DNA of 64,000 bases from Nitrosopumilus sp. (GCA_965223425.1 OZ245003.1:416001-480000); one strand, 5' to 3'; counted from the first letter of the stretch, positions 51,321 through 61,688 are shown. The notes: generated from the sequence alone by a model not told the origin. Program-made: numbers and translations.

Positions 51321-52958
51321 TTAGACACCGCAAAGACCCTCGCATTCACTTGCCATAACATCATCATAATTCTGGGCATTGTTCAGATCCACCTTGCCTA
51401 ATTCTATTCGTGAATGATGCAGATATGCCTTTCCTCGTAACGATCCCTGTATTTTTGGAATATTACGTAGTGACCAGTCAATCTGGACAGCATCATTAAA
51501 AGAGTCAGGCTCGTTTTCTTTGAGCCATTTCCATTCCATGTCATTATGATATGGACATCCCACACATGCACTGCGGGGTAGTCGACGATCCGGATATCGC
51601 TCCTCGAACCAATTGTAAATATTGGCACGTGTCATTTGAAGATCCACAAGCGGATAGCGATTGTCTATCCATTCATTTCTACTGGGTTTTATTCTCTCAG
51701 ATTCATCTGCACTTATTCCTATCCACATCTCAACTTGGACATCTTTGGGTGCACGTCTTCCAGGAGTAAAATTTAGTCGCCTCCTTAATTCCTTGTGTAT
51801 TGGTCTTATCTTGTAATGCGTAGTGCACTGTCTAACTGCTACGGATTTGCTCCCATTTGGATTAATTAAAAATGCAGGTATGTCCATGAACTGATCTCCA
51901 TCAGAATTAACACCATTCAGGATGTTCTCTCTAATGTTTCCAGCAGTTACACGTATTACATCATAGGACAGTTGTTTTTCCAACCATTCCAGATGATCAT
52001 ATACATTTGGAGGCTCCCACTGTGTATCTGCAAATATGGCAAAATCAGGTTTTTCGAGTCCGTTCCACCCTTCTTCGGCCATGAGAGCAAGAACAGTAGA
52101 TTGCGCACCTGCACCCAGACTCAATACCTTGACTTTTTTTCCACCTCGAAGATATTTACGATCATTTACTGATTCTGGTTTACACATTTGACGATCTGCA
52201 CTGCGTCGTACAATCCTGCGTAAATTTTCCCTGTTTAGAGAATCAATCAATCTTGCACCTGCTACCCTGTTTAGCTCCGTTAGCATAGAAATGTATCCTA
52301 CACGATTTATTCCTTTTGCCTCGTTGTGCAGTGCTCGTACACATTCTGACATAGTCATGTAATTTTTTAATACAGCATATTCCAAGGTACGATGATAATA
52401 TTCCGGAGTTTTGGCGAATGTTTCTAATGCCTGTTTTGCATCAAATGCACCTGCTGAATGTTCTGCAGCTTTGGTGGCCGCGTGTGCAATCCACCATGTT
52501 CTGCCTGAAATGCTTGATTTCCAAATACCTGTTCCCTCGTTATTTTTTGTTAACCAATGCTTGCGCATATTATTCAAGTTAGTATTTTTGGTGCTTGGCC
52601 ATCGAGTAATCCCGTACTGGTGGAGGTGGAAATGATTTAGATATGCTAATACGTGTTGATCAGATGCTAATCTGGGCGTCATACCTTCAAACGAATTGTA
52701 AAAATCAAGTGCTTGATTATCCGCCATATGTGTGGGCATATTTGCTGGTACAGCAAGATCTATAGGCTTGATTATGTATGCGCCAGTAGGTTCACGGTAA
52801 TTATCAATCTTATATTTGACTAGCAAATCCTCAAAATTTGCATCGAGATTCTTGTAATGGTCAATATTTTCTTCAAAGTTATGATACAAATGAACAAATG
52901 CATCCTGTGTGAATTTGTACAGAGGTTGTCTTTCAGTCTGAGTCATCGTTTTCTCCAT
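51321..52958 (-). CDS. Fusion: DUF6339-like N-terminal domain + phage-type PP-loop/PAPS-reductase-like Cys-rich domain
   Basis: N-terminus MTPRLASD..VLAYLNH...Y..TRWP...SGRTWWIA. C-terminus VLSLGAGAQST, FADTQWEP, RQCT..YKI.PI, IGISADE, PRSACVGCPYH, ECEGLCGV. Confidence 0.8.
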   Translation of the reverse strand: MEKTMTQTERQPLYKFTQDAFVHLYHNFEENIDHYKNLDANFEDLLVKYKIDNYREPTGAYIIKPIDLAVPANMPTHMADNQALDFYNSFEGMTPRLASDQHVLAYLNHFHLHQYGITRWPSTKNTNLNNMRKHWLTKNNEGTGIWKSSISGRTWWIAHAATKAAEHSAGAFDAKQALETFAKTPEYYHRTLEYAVLKNYMTMSECVRALHNEAKGINRVGYISMLTELNRVAGARLIDSLNRENLRRIVRRSADRQMCKPESVNDRKYLRGGKKVKVLSLGAGAQSTVLALMAEEGWNGLEKPDFAIFADTQWEPPNVYDHLEWLEKQLSYDVIRVTAGNIRENILNGVNSDGDQFMDIPAFLINPNGSKSVAVRQCTTHYKIRPIHKELRRRLNFTPGRRAPKDVQVEMWIGISADESERIKPSRNEWIDNRYPLVDLQMTRANIYNWFEERYPDRRLPRSACVGCPYHNDMEWKWLKENEPDSFNDAVQIDWSLRNIPKIQGSLRGKAYLHHSRIELGKVDLNNAQNYDDVMASECEGLCGV

Positions 52959-53802
52959 CCATCCGTTTTTGGTTCCATTCTACCATGAGTCCTAGGGGTT
53001 TGAGTTTTGATTTTGATTCTTCTAGTATGTTCTGTGCATGTCTGTTGGCGTTTTCTTTCAGGTCATCATCGATCTGAATATTATGATTGTGTAGTGTCTT
53101 ACGTAATGCTTGTATCCAAAGATGGTCTTCATCATTATCAGTCAGAGTCCGAATAGCATGCTCTATAGCAGTTAGATATAGTGATGCATACAATACAGGA
53201 CCTGCACTTTGACGAAGGCGACGTACTCCTTCAAGAGTCTTATGATTTATCAAGATCGAAATAATATCCTGGTTGGCATCTATGACATATTCTCCTATTC
53301 CTATGGTCGATTTTGCTACCATGCTTATTGCGGCTTGGATCTTTTCTATTGAATCAATTGTAATCTCGTGCTGTTCCCCTATTGCCAATATTGCACCTGT
53401 TGGAAGATCCATTCCATCAGGTCTTAATTTTTGAATTTCATCATCATGTTCTTCGGATTTAAAATTATGTATTTCTTCAGTGGTTACCACATATGGAATT
53501 ATATTTATTTTTCCAGCATAATCTGTCAATTGAAGATCTAATGACCTATGCGTTTCTGTAAAATCAAACATAACTCGTTGATTTGTTTTACTACATTTTA
53601 TCATAGCAAATACTTTTGCTTTTTCTTTTTTGATCATATTGCTTATGAAAACACTGTGTAATTCATAGGATAATTCCAAGTTTATTTTATCTCGGGTGCA
53701 AGTTGCTTTGTTAATCTGCATATTGAAACTACACTCACTGCGATAGTCAAATCCATCTGGACGGATTACTGGATGCGGAAGTAACAGATTTGCATAGCTC
53801 AT
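52933..53802 (-). CDS. Hypothetical protein with N-terminal PHPVI...DY motif
   Basis: Overlaps both neighbours (translational coupling). Confidence 0.75.
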   Translation of the reverse strand: MSYANLLLPHPVIRPDGFDYRSECSFNMQINKATCTRDKINLELSYELHSVFISNMIKKEKAKVFAMIKCSKTNQRVMFDFTETHRSLDLQLTDYAGKINIIPYVVTTEEIHNFKSEEHDDEIQKLRPDGMDLPTGAILAIGEQHEITIDSIEKIQAAISMVAKSTIGIGEYVIDANQDIISILINHKTLEGVRRLRQSAGPVLYASLYLTAIEHAIRTLTDNDEDHLWIQALRKTLHNHNIQIDDDLKENANRHAQNILEESKSKLKPLGLMVEWNQKRMDGENDDSD

Positions 53803-55685
53803 TTTTTCGACTCCAATGATTTGTCAACCTGAATGATTTCCACAATCTCGTATCCTGTATATGACTCATTTTCTGGTATTTCCAAATCTAAAACAATTCG
53901 TTCGTTACACTTTGATGTCATCACTATATGATTTCCCTCTTTTTTTACATCAAATCTGGGTGGAGATATTACATTGACAGCAATTATTGGAATCTCACTT
54001 TCATTTCGTTTTTCCTCTCCGGCTCGCATTATTGCAATATGTATTGGTTTGTCATCATCATGCTTGGGTGTAAATGCAACATGAAGTTTATTTTCATCAC
54101 GAACGATTCTTGGATGTACCAAAAATGGCATATCATGTTTAGATTCATTTTTATCTCCAAGCTGCTTTGATCTAGACCTTGTCCCTTTGTCTGAACCTCT
54201 ACCCGAACGACCCGGAAGATCTACGTCACTCCATGATTCGGGGTTATTTTTTGTCTGTCTTGATGGACTTGGGGTAATTGTATGGTGTTGTAGTTCTATT
54301 CCCTCATTATGACCCAGATTGCTTCCCTTATCTCCACCAGGTGTGGGGAGTATCTCTGCAAGTTCAGGCAATTGAATGTTATTTTCTTCATCCATAGTGT
54401 TGATATGTTCCTTAACAAAATCCTCAATCTTTTTTTGTATCTGTTTCAGATCCTTTTTAGTTGCTTCGCGTTCTCCTTCATCATTAACTCGCTTAAATTC
54501 TATTGCCTGATGATTTGGTGGTTCCATTTCTCGTATTTTTTCATCGGTTTTATCGTCTTGTGCCATAACAACTCCGGCATATTTGGCCCAGCCGCTACCT
54601 ACAGACGTAGTAAATGGATTTTTTTTGAATGATTTTTCATCGGTAATTAACATTCCTCTCCGATTCACGTAAGCAATTCGGTTTGGCAGATCTTCATCAT
54701 GTATATTTAGTTTTACGGTAAATCTACCAATATTTCCCTCGATTGATTGTTTAGTGTTGCTATCTCGGATAATGCGATAATAATGGTGTGACTTTGTCTT
54801 TCTACCGTTTTCAAATATGTTGTCTAGAGTCTCATAATTTATTATTTCAGAATTAATATTAACTTCTAATTTTTTTTCATGAATTGCAACAAAAAAATTA
54901 CGTGCGATTGATTCTTTTGCAATTTTAATCCAATCCTTTACTTTTGGCTCAAACCCAATGATAAAAATGCCACTACCTACGCCATCAAGTCGGAATTCAT
55001 CGTAAATATTTTTTCCAGTTGTTGGTGCAGGTCGTTGATTTTGTAGAAATTTTTCCCTTGTTCCAAAACCTATGTGTTGAAGCATACCATTTGACTGTTT
55101 TGGATTTTCATGTGATGAAATTTTACATCGAATAATGAATTGTTCCATTCGACCTTGTTTTTTTTCGGATGTTTTGCGTTGAAAATAACGAGTTGAGTAT
55201 CCTACGGTTTGTATTGAAGATACCAAATATGGTGCATTTTTTCCAATGCCGAAACTTCCTCCGGACGCACTCATGTTTTTGCTAGTTGTACCCTCATCAT
55301 ATACTAGGGCATTCCATTTTTCATCAACTAATCCTGTTGTGTTAGCATCCGTTATTGCCAACACTTTGATTTCATCTTGTTTTAATGCTTTTAACGCATT
55401 TTGATAGAATTTGATACCTCTTGCATTTTTTTCTTGTTTGGTACGTTCTAGTGCCTTGTCCATATGCTTTGCAAGATCTTTGGCAGCAATCTTATGTGCA
55501 GGTATTGTTATTTCGGATATATTTACTACTACGGGTTTATTTTTTTGTACATCGGCAGCATCAAGGGAGTTCTGTATTATTTCCCTTATCGTACTGTCCC
55601 ATGCATCAACTCGAAAATGCTCTTGGCTGCTATCGTTGAAACCATATAGTACCCCTCCTCCGGTGGGTGGAAAATACCACTTCAT
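53799..55685 (-). CDS. GHKL/HATPase-like (MORC-type) ATPase domain protein
   Basis: REIIQNSLDA (N-box), ITDANTTGL (G1), GGSFGIGKNA (G2). Confidence 0.8.
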   Translation of the reverse strand: MKWYFPPTGGGVLYGFNDSSQEHFRVDAWDSTIREIIQNSLDAADVQKNKPVVVNISEITIPAHKIAAKDLAKHMDKALERTKQEKNARGIKFYQNALKALKQDEIKVLAITDANTTGLVDEKWNALVYDEGTTSKNMSASGGSFGIGKNAPYLVSSIQTVGYSTRYFQRKTSEKKQGRMEQFIIRCKISSHENPKQSNGMLQHIGFGTREKFLQNQRPAPTTGKNIYDEFRLDGVGSGIFIIGFEPKVKDWIKIAKESIARNFFVAIHEKKLEVNINSEIINYETLDNIFENGRKTKSHHYYRIIRDSNTKQSIEGNIGRFTVKLNIHDEDLPNRIAYVNRRGMLITDEKSFKKNPFTTSVGSGWAKYAGVVMAQDDKTDEKIREMEPPNHQAIEFKRVNDEGEREATKKDLKQIQKKIEDFVKEHINTMDEENNIQLPELAEILPTPGGDKGSNLGHNEGIELQHHTITPSPSRQTKNNPESWSDVDLPGRSGRGSDKGTRSRSKQLGDKNESKHDMPFLVHPRIVRDENKLHVAFTPKHDDDKPIHIAIMRAGEEKRNESEIPIIAVNVISPPRFDVKKEGNHIVMTSKCNERIVLDLEIPENESYTGYEIVEIIQVDKSLESKK

Positions 55686-55833
55686 TAGAATATCTCCTTT
55701 GAGTAATCAATTATCCTATTCATAACTACTTTTGATTACTAAATCTCACTTCATCTTAAGTATTACGTTAGATTACCAAGTACGAATTGGGATATTTACT
55801 ATCATGGATGGTCATGTCAAAAGGGGTGTTGTG

Positions 55834-55971
55834 ATGAAATCAAAATTTAGTATCTCAGTTGATTCAGATTTATGTAAATGGTTGGATACAGAAATAAAGA
55901 TCAAGCGATTTGCAAGTAGATCTCATGGAGTAGAATTTGCATTAACTCAACTCAAGAAAGAAACAAACTAA
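55834..55971 (+). CDS. CopG-like ribbon-helix-helix protein
   Basis: MKSKFSISVDSDLCKWLD....KRFASRSHGVEFAL. Confidence 0.78.
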   Translation: MKSKFSISVDSDLCKWLDTEIKIKRFASRSHGVEFALTQLKKETN

Positions 55972-56020
55972 ACATCAACGTGTGATGTATAGGTTAAAGT
56001 TTTCATTTTATATCTGTCTT

Positions 56021-56299
56021 CTAGGAAGTCTTGGATGATTGTTTCTTAATTCTCGTCTTTAGTTTTGTACCGTATTTTGAGACATATTGTTTGCGTATAT
56101 CTGCTGGAAGAAGTGAAAGAAGCTCTTCAAATGAATCCAAATAGTGATCTGCGCGTTCTTTAGAATAGTTCAGTGCCTTGATAACATTCTCAGTCTTTGC
56201 TTTTGAAGGATTATTTTTGGGTGCAATGTAAAGCGATTCTTTACCTGCCTGAAAGTATAGATATTCAACATCCTTTGAGATCTTGACTGTGAGTGTCAT
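56021..56299 (-). CDS. Small hypothetical mobile-element protein
   Basis: Clean 92-aa ORF divergent from the integrase. Confidence 0.6.
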   Translation of the reverse strand: MTLTVKISKDVEYLYFQAGKESLYIAPKNNPSKAKTENVIKALNYSKERADHYLDSFEELLSLLPADIRKQYVSKYGTKLKTRIKKQSSKTS

Positions 56300-56399
56300 G
56301 GTATGTTATCGTATTATATGACACCTATTTTAAACATTCAGGTTAGGGCTATCTTAAACTACGATATCTATATATGCCACTATCGTATAACAAGATAGC

Positions 56400-58831
56400 A
56401 TGATAACATCCAAAAAAACACCTCATAATACACTAGATTTCTATTGCGATCATCAAAATTTCCCTAAAAGTGAAATAAAGGAAAATCATAATCAAACCAA
56501 GGATGAAGTCGCCGAGAGGCTAACCGATATGGGAAAAAATAAACTTTCAACAAAAAAAGACACTGCCAAACTACAAACATCAAAAAAACAAAGAATGCTT
56601 AGAAATCCAGAGATCAAAAGATGGTATGACAATCTTGCAAGAGGTTCATTGATTACAGCCGATGTGAGACTAAGACGTCTTGACAGGTTTTGTCAGATAC
56701 ATCAGATGACTCCGATGGAGCTAGCAGAGCTTGGAATGAAAGACCTAAGAACCGCAACAAATCTTTTAGAAGACCACATTACATGGATGGAAGACAAGTG
56801 CTATGCACCCGGATATACAAGCGGTTTTGTAAAGACCATAAAGTCATGGCTTGCACACTTTGACGTAGAGATAAAACGCAAAATCAAGATAAAAAACCCC
56901 AACCAGACACCAACTCTACAAAACGAGCGTGTCCCAAATGCACAGGAAGTTTCCGAGATCTTTGCAAGAGCATCATTACGCTCTTCTGTAATGATCTCGC
57001 TGATGGCAAAGTCTGGTCTCAGACCTGAAGTTATGGGAAATCATGACGGCACAGACGGACTGCGTATGGACGACCTACCAGATATTAGATGAGTTGCGCA
57101 ATTACAATCAAAATCTCATCTTTCACTCGATAGTTTTTGATTTTATGGAATCACAGCAAGCTCTTGCTTCCACCGTATCTTGAAATTAACAATTCCGCAG
57201 ACTATCTCGCTAATGGTGTCATAACGACGCAATCTGTTCCTAAATGTATATGCGCTGATTCTGAATTTTTTGATTTGTGCAATGACATGCTCTCTATCCT
57301 GATTCTAACTTTAGCTTGAGATTTGTTCCACTCTTTCTGAGAATCAGTTAGCTTTCTTCCTTTCTTTTTTCTGTATGGCAAAATGCTGGTCTGTTTTGGA
57401 AAGTCCTTTTCAATCCCCAAATATCCAAGGTCATAAAAGTTTAACAGCTCTTCAGACAGTGTCGGATGTTTTGATTTGTAAATTTTGTAACCGTGGCGAC
57501 ATCCGGGTGAATGTGCAGGTTTGTGAATTATGACTCCGTCAAGGTTTATCGTAATCTGGTTTTGTACTGTGTGGTTTTTCTTTTTGCCTGAATAGTGTGT
57601 CTTACGTTTGCGCTTGTTTTTTGGTCTCGGTATTGGCTGCTCCGTACCGTCTGTGATTGCAATTAGTTCTGGGAAGAACTCTTGGAGCTGCTGTATGCCG
57701 CTGATCTTTTTTGAATCTGCATACTTTTTGGCGGGAATTGGGATTGACTGTTTTACTGCGGGCTCCAAATATCTGATATCCCGCATCACATTTGATTTGT
57801 TCAGGTCAAATATCATTCCCGACACATCATATGTTGTGTACATTCTGTAGTACATTAACAGCATCAGAACTCTGTCTTTGATTGGTAGATCAAATTGTGT
57901 CCTGCACCAATTTCTCTTTTTCTTTTCTTTTCTGATAGACGTCTTGCTTCTGTAGTTTTGTATTTTTTTTGTATTTCTTTTGATAAGGAATCAAATTGTG
58001 GAACAGTCAGTCCCGTTATTGACAGGAATTGTTTTGGTCTTTTTGCTAATTTCGTGTGATTGAACATAATTGAAAATGGTTATTTCTTAGCTTTGGATCT
58101 TGTTGTCAGGAAATATTGAGATTATACTCAAACTGAATCAATTGCGCAACTCATCTATTGTTATCCACCAAGGAGTGGCAAAGTGCATAAAGACTCCGAA
58201 TCAGATAGTGGTACGAAGTGAGCTCTCAAAAACAAGACACCAATACTTTACGTTTTTGACAACGTCTGGTACAAAGAAACTACTTGCATACCTCAATGAC
58301 AGGCTAGCATATGGCGAGCCACTACATGGAAACTCTGCTGTAGTAGCTCCGGATCACACCCACACACTGAACCGCGGTAGAAATACATTCAAGACATTTT
58401 TGCCTACAAGACAGATAAGCAAGGAGATTCGTAAGACATTCCGACCAAGGTTTGAATGGAGACCTTACATACTGCGCGCCTACTTTGACACCGAGTTGTT
58501 AATTGCAGAGTCCAAGGGAAAAATAGCACATGACTTTAGGGTGTTCTTTATGGGACACAAGGGATCCATGGAAGCAAGGTACACTACCAACAAAGGAATG
58601 CTACCTGAGATACTGATTCGCGAAATGCGCGATTCGTTTGAACGCTCCGAAGAATTTCTTGATTTGGAGACAAACAAATCAGATGCAATACAGGATCAAA
58701 AACAAGAGATGCACAACATCATTCATGATGCAACACCAGACGAGCTTGATTCTATGCTAGAGGTACTACAAAGTACCGGCAAGATGAACCAAGTCAAAGA
58801 GTCGTTGCTTCAGACCGTGCAGAACAGATGA
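56400..58831 (+). pseudogene. Tyrosine integrase A interrupted by IS5 type B
   Basis: Removing the IS and one ATT gives the continuous sequence DDLPDI-VIHQGVAK. Motifs KSGLRPEV, YILRAYF, FMGHKG, ARYT. Confidence 0.9.
57087..58156 (-). mobile_element. IS5-family element (type B), copy 2
   Basis: Same TIRs as 44498-45568. 3-bp TSD ATT at 57084-57086 and 58157-58159. Confidence 0.95.
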
Positions 58832-58909
58832 TCATGCAAGGCTGGATATTTGTAGGAGCACTACCTAACGGAAAAATCGTGCTAAAAAGGCCCGAGCCCG
58901 ATGTGGGAG

Positions 58910-58984
58910 TGGGCCCACGGGGATTTGAACCCCGGATCTTCGCCGTGTAAGGGCGACGTCATAACCTACCTGGACTATGAGCCC
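58910..58984 (-). tRNA. tRNA-Val(TAC), integration target
   Basis: GGGCTCA...TCGCC-CTTACAC-GGCGA...GGTTCAAATCC...TGGGCCCA. Confidence 0.95.
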
Positions 58985-59064
58985 AGAAACCAAGATTGTT
59001 AAAATCCATTTAAACTTTGAGACGTGTGAAAATCTAGAAATTTGATTAAAAAATTACAAAATTC

Positions 59065-60078
59065 ATGAATTTTGATTTTTTTTCTAGTCCAATTGGATTA
59101 GGTCATGTAACTAGAGATATTGCAATTGCAAACCACTTTCAAAATATTTCAACAAACTTTGTAACAGGAAGTGGAGCAGCTAAAATTCTAAAAAATTTGG
59201 ATTTCAAAGTACAAAATGTGTACAATCCGCCTTCATTCATTGTTGAAAATGGAACATTAAAGAGTCCGGCAAAGTGGTTATGGAACTACTATCAATATTA
59301 TAAGGACTGTAAAAAAAAATCACAAGCAATTATTCAAAAAGATAACCCGGACTTGGTAATTAGTGATGAAGATTTTGCATCATTGTCGGTTGCACAATAC
59401 ATGAAAATTCCAACTGTACTTATCACAGATATCCTGGAAACTAGGTTCACCAAAGGATTTGCATCATTCATTGAAAAAAAGATGAATAAATCAATGCAAG
59501 AAATTATCAAAAAATCTGATATTGTGATTCTTCCTGAAAATGGAGATGATCAAGATAATATCAGAAGGGTAGGACCAATAGTCAGACAAACAAATTTTTC
59601 AAGAGAAGAGCTGCGAGAAAAACTTTCATTTGAGAGAAAAACCATAGTTATTTCCATTGGAGGAACAGATGCAGGCCTGTTTCTTATTGAAAAAGCACTA
59701 GAATCCATTACGAAAATCAATCAAGATACGGAAATTGTTCTAGTGTCAGGTCCAGCAGTTAGCAAAAAATTTGAAAATGTCAGAAATTTAGGCTTTGTAG
59801 ATAATTTGCATGAATTAATTTTTGCTTCAGACTTGTTGATTTCACTTGCTGGAAAATCAACCATAGACGAGGCTAATGCCTATGGAACACCGGCAATATT
59901 CATACCCATAAAGGGGCATTTTGAACAAGAAGATAATGCAAAAGAGCAAGGATTTGTCTTTGGGGATATCAAAAGACTTGAATCGCTAATTGTTGAAAAG
60001 CTTGAACAAAAAAGAAATCAAGTAAATGCTGGTGGTGCAGAAACTGCGTCAAATATTATTAGAAATTTGATGAATTAA
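59065..60078 (+). CDS. GT-B glycosyltransferase (MurG/GT28-like)
   Basis: GLGHVTRD, SIGGT, AGKSTIDEA...GTP...HFEQEDNA. Confidence 0.88.
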   Translation: MNFDFFSSPIGLGHVTRDIAIANHFQNISTNFVTGSGAAKILKNLDFKVQNVYNPPSFIVENGTLKSPAKWLWNYYQYYKDCKKKSQAIIQKDNPDLVISDEDFASLSVAQYMKIPTVLITDILETRFTKGFASFIEKKMNKSMQEIIKKSDIVILPENGDDQDNIRRVGPIVRQTNFSREELREKLSFERKTIVISIGGTDAGLFLIEKALESITKINQDTEIVLVSGPAVSKKFENVRNLGFVDNLHELIFASDLLISLAGKSTIDEANAYGTPAIFIPIKGHFEQEDNAKEQGFVFGDIKRLESLIVEKLEQKRNQVNAGGAETASNIIRNLMN

Positions 60079-60123
60079 CGATCAAATGCTTAATAGATGG
60101 CCATAAAGTTTTGATAAGATACG

Positions 60124-61539
60124 ATGACCAAGTTAGTAGTAGCAAAGTTTGGAGGGAGTGCATTGGGTCCGGATGGGGCAGCTATTCCAGAAATTATTAA
60201 ACGTCTTAATGATTTGAAAAAGGATTCCAAAGTAATTGCAGTGTTCTCGGCCCCATTAACTATGGATAATGGAAAAAAACGCTCTCTTACTGATGTAGTT
60301 TTAGAACAGGGCAGAAATGCAGAAAGTGAAACAACACCATCATTAGATATTGTAAAATCAACCTATCAAAAAATTCTGGAATTGGTAAACTCTGAAAATA
60401 AAGACAGCTGCGAAAATACTATTGATTCGCATCTAGAAAAGGTACAAAAAGCGCTAGATGAGGCATTTGAAAATAAAGAATTTGCCGATGAAGTACGCTC
60501 AAGGGCATTGGCATTCTCAGGAGAGATTTTGATGTCTCATGTGATGAATCACATACTAAGAAGTAATGGAATTAAGACTGATGCTGTAGGATTTGATGAT
60601 TGGCCAATTATTACAGATAACAACATAGAATCTACAAATTTTCTGACCTCAGAATCAAGGGAAAAGATGGGTAAAATCTCCGAACTCGTAGAAAAAAATG
60701 AGGTGGTAGCCATTGGTGGATTTATTGGGAAAACAGTAGATAATGTCACCACTACGTATGAGCGAGGGGGATCAGATAGGACAGCTGCAGATCTAGGAAT
60801 ACTGTTTCACAAAAACTATGAAACCAGTATAGATTTTGAAAAAGACAGCGCAGTGGTTTCTGCAGATCCAAAAATTGTGGAAGATGGATTGACTGAAGTA
60901 ATTCAGTTGTCATACAATGAAGCCAGATTGGCAGGGATGTTTGGAATGAAGATTTTAGATCCAATTGCAATAAAAGAGATCGTAGAAAATGGAGTAGATG
61001 TGCCAATTACTGTTACAAACATGAAAAATCCAGAAAAAACAACCACGATAAAGAGGGCGCTAGATGAGCAAAAGGGGCACCCAATTAAGATAGTTACGGG
61101 AAAAGAAAATTGCGCAATTTTTAGAATTGAAACAAACTGTATTCAAAAATTATTGACATCATTGGAAAAAGACAAACGCTACAGTGAGTTTATAATTTTA
61201 TCACCATTTACAAAGGATGGAATTGAATTTTCTAGAATATTGTTCCTAGACGGAGATTATGTTAAAAGAAACGAAAAATATTTGTTAGGATTTGACTCTC
61301 TTGCTACAATTACATACAACAGAGGGGTTATCACACTAATCGGTGATGAAATGTGGAGGGTTCAACAAGTAGCTTCAAGAACTAGCGCAAGGATTGGTGA
61401 ATCAGGACTAAACATATTGAATATGGATGCGCAGGAAGAGACCTCACGAATAATTATTGTTGTAGAGGATTCAGACGACAACATAAGAAAAGCAATCAAA
61501 GCCGTACATCAAGAAATTTCTGAAATTAATTTTGTTTAG
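60124..61539 (+). CDS. lysC: Aspartate kinase
   Basis: VAKFGGS, RGGSDRTAA, SADPKIV, LSYNEA, C-terminal ACT domain. Confidence 0.92.
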   Translation: MTKLVVAKFGGSALGPDGAAIPEIIKRLNDLKKDSKVIAVFSAPLTMDNGKKRSLTDVVLEQGRNAESETTPSLDIVKSTYQKILELVNSENKDSCENTIDSHLEKVQKALDEAFENKEFADEVRSRALAFSGEILMSHVMNHILRSNGIKTDAVGFDDWPIITDNNIESTNFLTSESREKMGKISELVEKNEVVAIGGFIGKTVDNVTTTYERGGSDRTAADLGILFHKNYETSIDFEKDSAVVSADPKIVEDGLTEVIQLSYNEARLAGMFGMKILDPIAIKEIVENGVDVPITVTNMKNPEKTTTIKRALDEQKGHPIKIVTGKENCAIFRIETNCIQKLLTSLEKDKRYSEFIILSPFTKDGIEFSRILFLDGDYVKRNEKYLLGFDSLATITYNRGVITLIGDEMWRVQQVASRTSARIGESGLNILNMDAQEETSRIIIVVEDSDDNIRKAIKAVHQEISEINFV

Positions 61540-61688
61540 TAAAAGAGTGGCGTTACGGGTTTTCACCTGTAAACGCCATCATGGGTTTGTTCTTGGACCA
61601 TTATCTAGATTTAGTCCGGCGTTACCCAAAACACGCGATATCATAACTTACAATTTCTAGTATTTAGACCTGATCTATATAGATCGGT

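Noticed and set aside
49686-52958. Canonical dndBCDE phosphorothioation operon
   Set aside because: No DndD SMC-like ATPase, DndE or cysteine desulfurase. The PP-loop domain has the phage-type signature, not the DndC one.
44498-58156. Composite transposon or inversion bounded by the two inverted IS5 type B copies
   Set aside because: Copy 2 has its own ATT duplication and splits a collinear integrase gene, so it inserted independently.
58100-58159. Start of ORF 58100-58831 as an independent gene
   Set aside because: The first ~19 codons derive from the IS end. The rest is the integrase C-terminal half.
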